Position numbers and translations under genes: made by a program. The notes beneath the pieces are model-generated. The model made no database searches and was not told where the DNA came from. It saw nothing but the letters and a program-made list of their open reading frames with translations. DNA of 15,810 nt from Bdellovibrionota bacterium FG-1 (GTDB taxonomy: Bacteria; Bdellovibrionota; UBA1018), in contig JBBCAW010000044.1 in NCBI GenBank assembly GCA_051382295.1, forward strand, positions 1 through 15,810. The letters are read 5' to 3'. This document shows, in pieces, positions 15,641-15,810 of this stretch (position 1 is its first letter; the number at the start of each line of letters is the position of its first letter).

Positions 15641-15690
15641 CAGAAATTCCAACGTTTTTTTGGAAAAACAGGGCACCGACGTCTTTATGG
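15641..15690 (-). pseudogene. Direct repeat copy 2: dead 16-codon 5' fragment of a DUF2461 allele
   Basis: Reads ATA-KTSVPCFSKKTLEFL, the same peptide as the live gene, with ATG changed to ATA and five synonymous substitutions; similarity ends abruptly on both sides. Confidence 0.85.
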
Positions 15691-15794
15691 CTGAGGCAAA
15701 GCGTCTGAATATGAGCAGACAAGCCGTGATTAAAACGATGCTTTCCGATTCTCTAGATCGACGCTCGCGGCTAAGAAATAAAAAGCAAGCCTAG
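15687..15794 (+). pseudogene. C-terminal remnant of a CopG/ribbon-helix-helix (BrnA-like) antitoxin
   Basis: MAEAKRLNMSRQAVIKTMLSDSLDRRSRLRNKKQA* matches the RHH helix A-turn-helix B pattern (EAKRLG.SRQ..IK). The N-terminal beta strand is missing, and the sequence directly upstream is the DUF2461 repeat. Confidence 0.6.
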
Positions 15795-15810
15795 TAATAA
15801 GGTTCTTTTT

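Overview
Bacterial chromosomal segment with no rRNA, tRNA, CRISPR array or integrase/transposase visible. Left to right: glpD (cut by the window edge and absent from the ORF track) and a non-discriminating-type aspS; a two-HKD phospholipase D fused to a DedA/VTT-like membrane domain, coupled to a YbhP-like EEP hydrolase; a stand-alone receiver protein; aspA, overlapping a MepA-family murein endopeptidase tail-to-tail by 199 bp; a small HNH nuclease; an ABC-F ATPase; a coupled nucleotidyltransferase-BON fusion plus metallophosphoesterase operon, divergent from a KGG-repeat stress protein; a DUF2461-like gene; and an AT-richer islet of about 1.9 kb carrying two convergent toxin-antitoxin-like pairs. 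Two observations stand out. First, the NTase-BON/phosphoesterase/KGG locus is a candidate stress-linked nucleotidylation writer/eraser system. Second, the islet is bounded by a 50-bp duplicate of the DUF2461 5' end that differs only by synonymous changes and a dead start codon, and this duplicate abuts a truncated CopG-like antitoxin. All family calls come from motif recognition by eye; no database searches were run.
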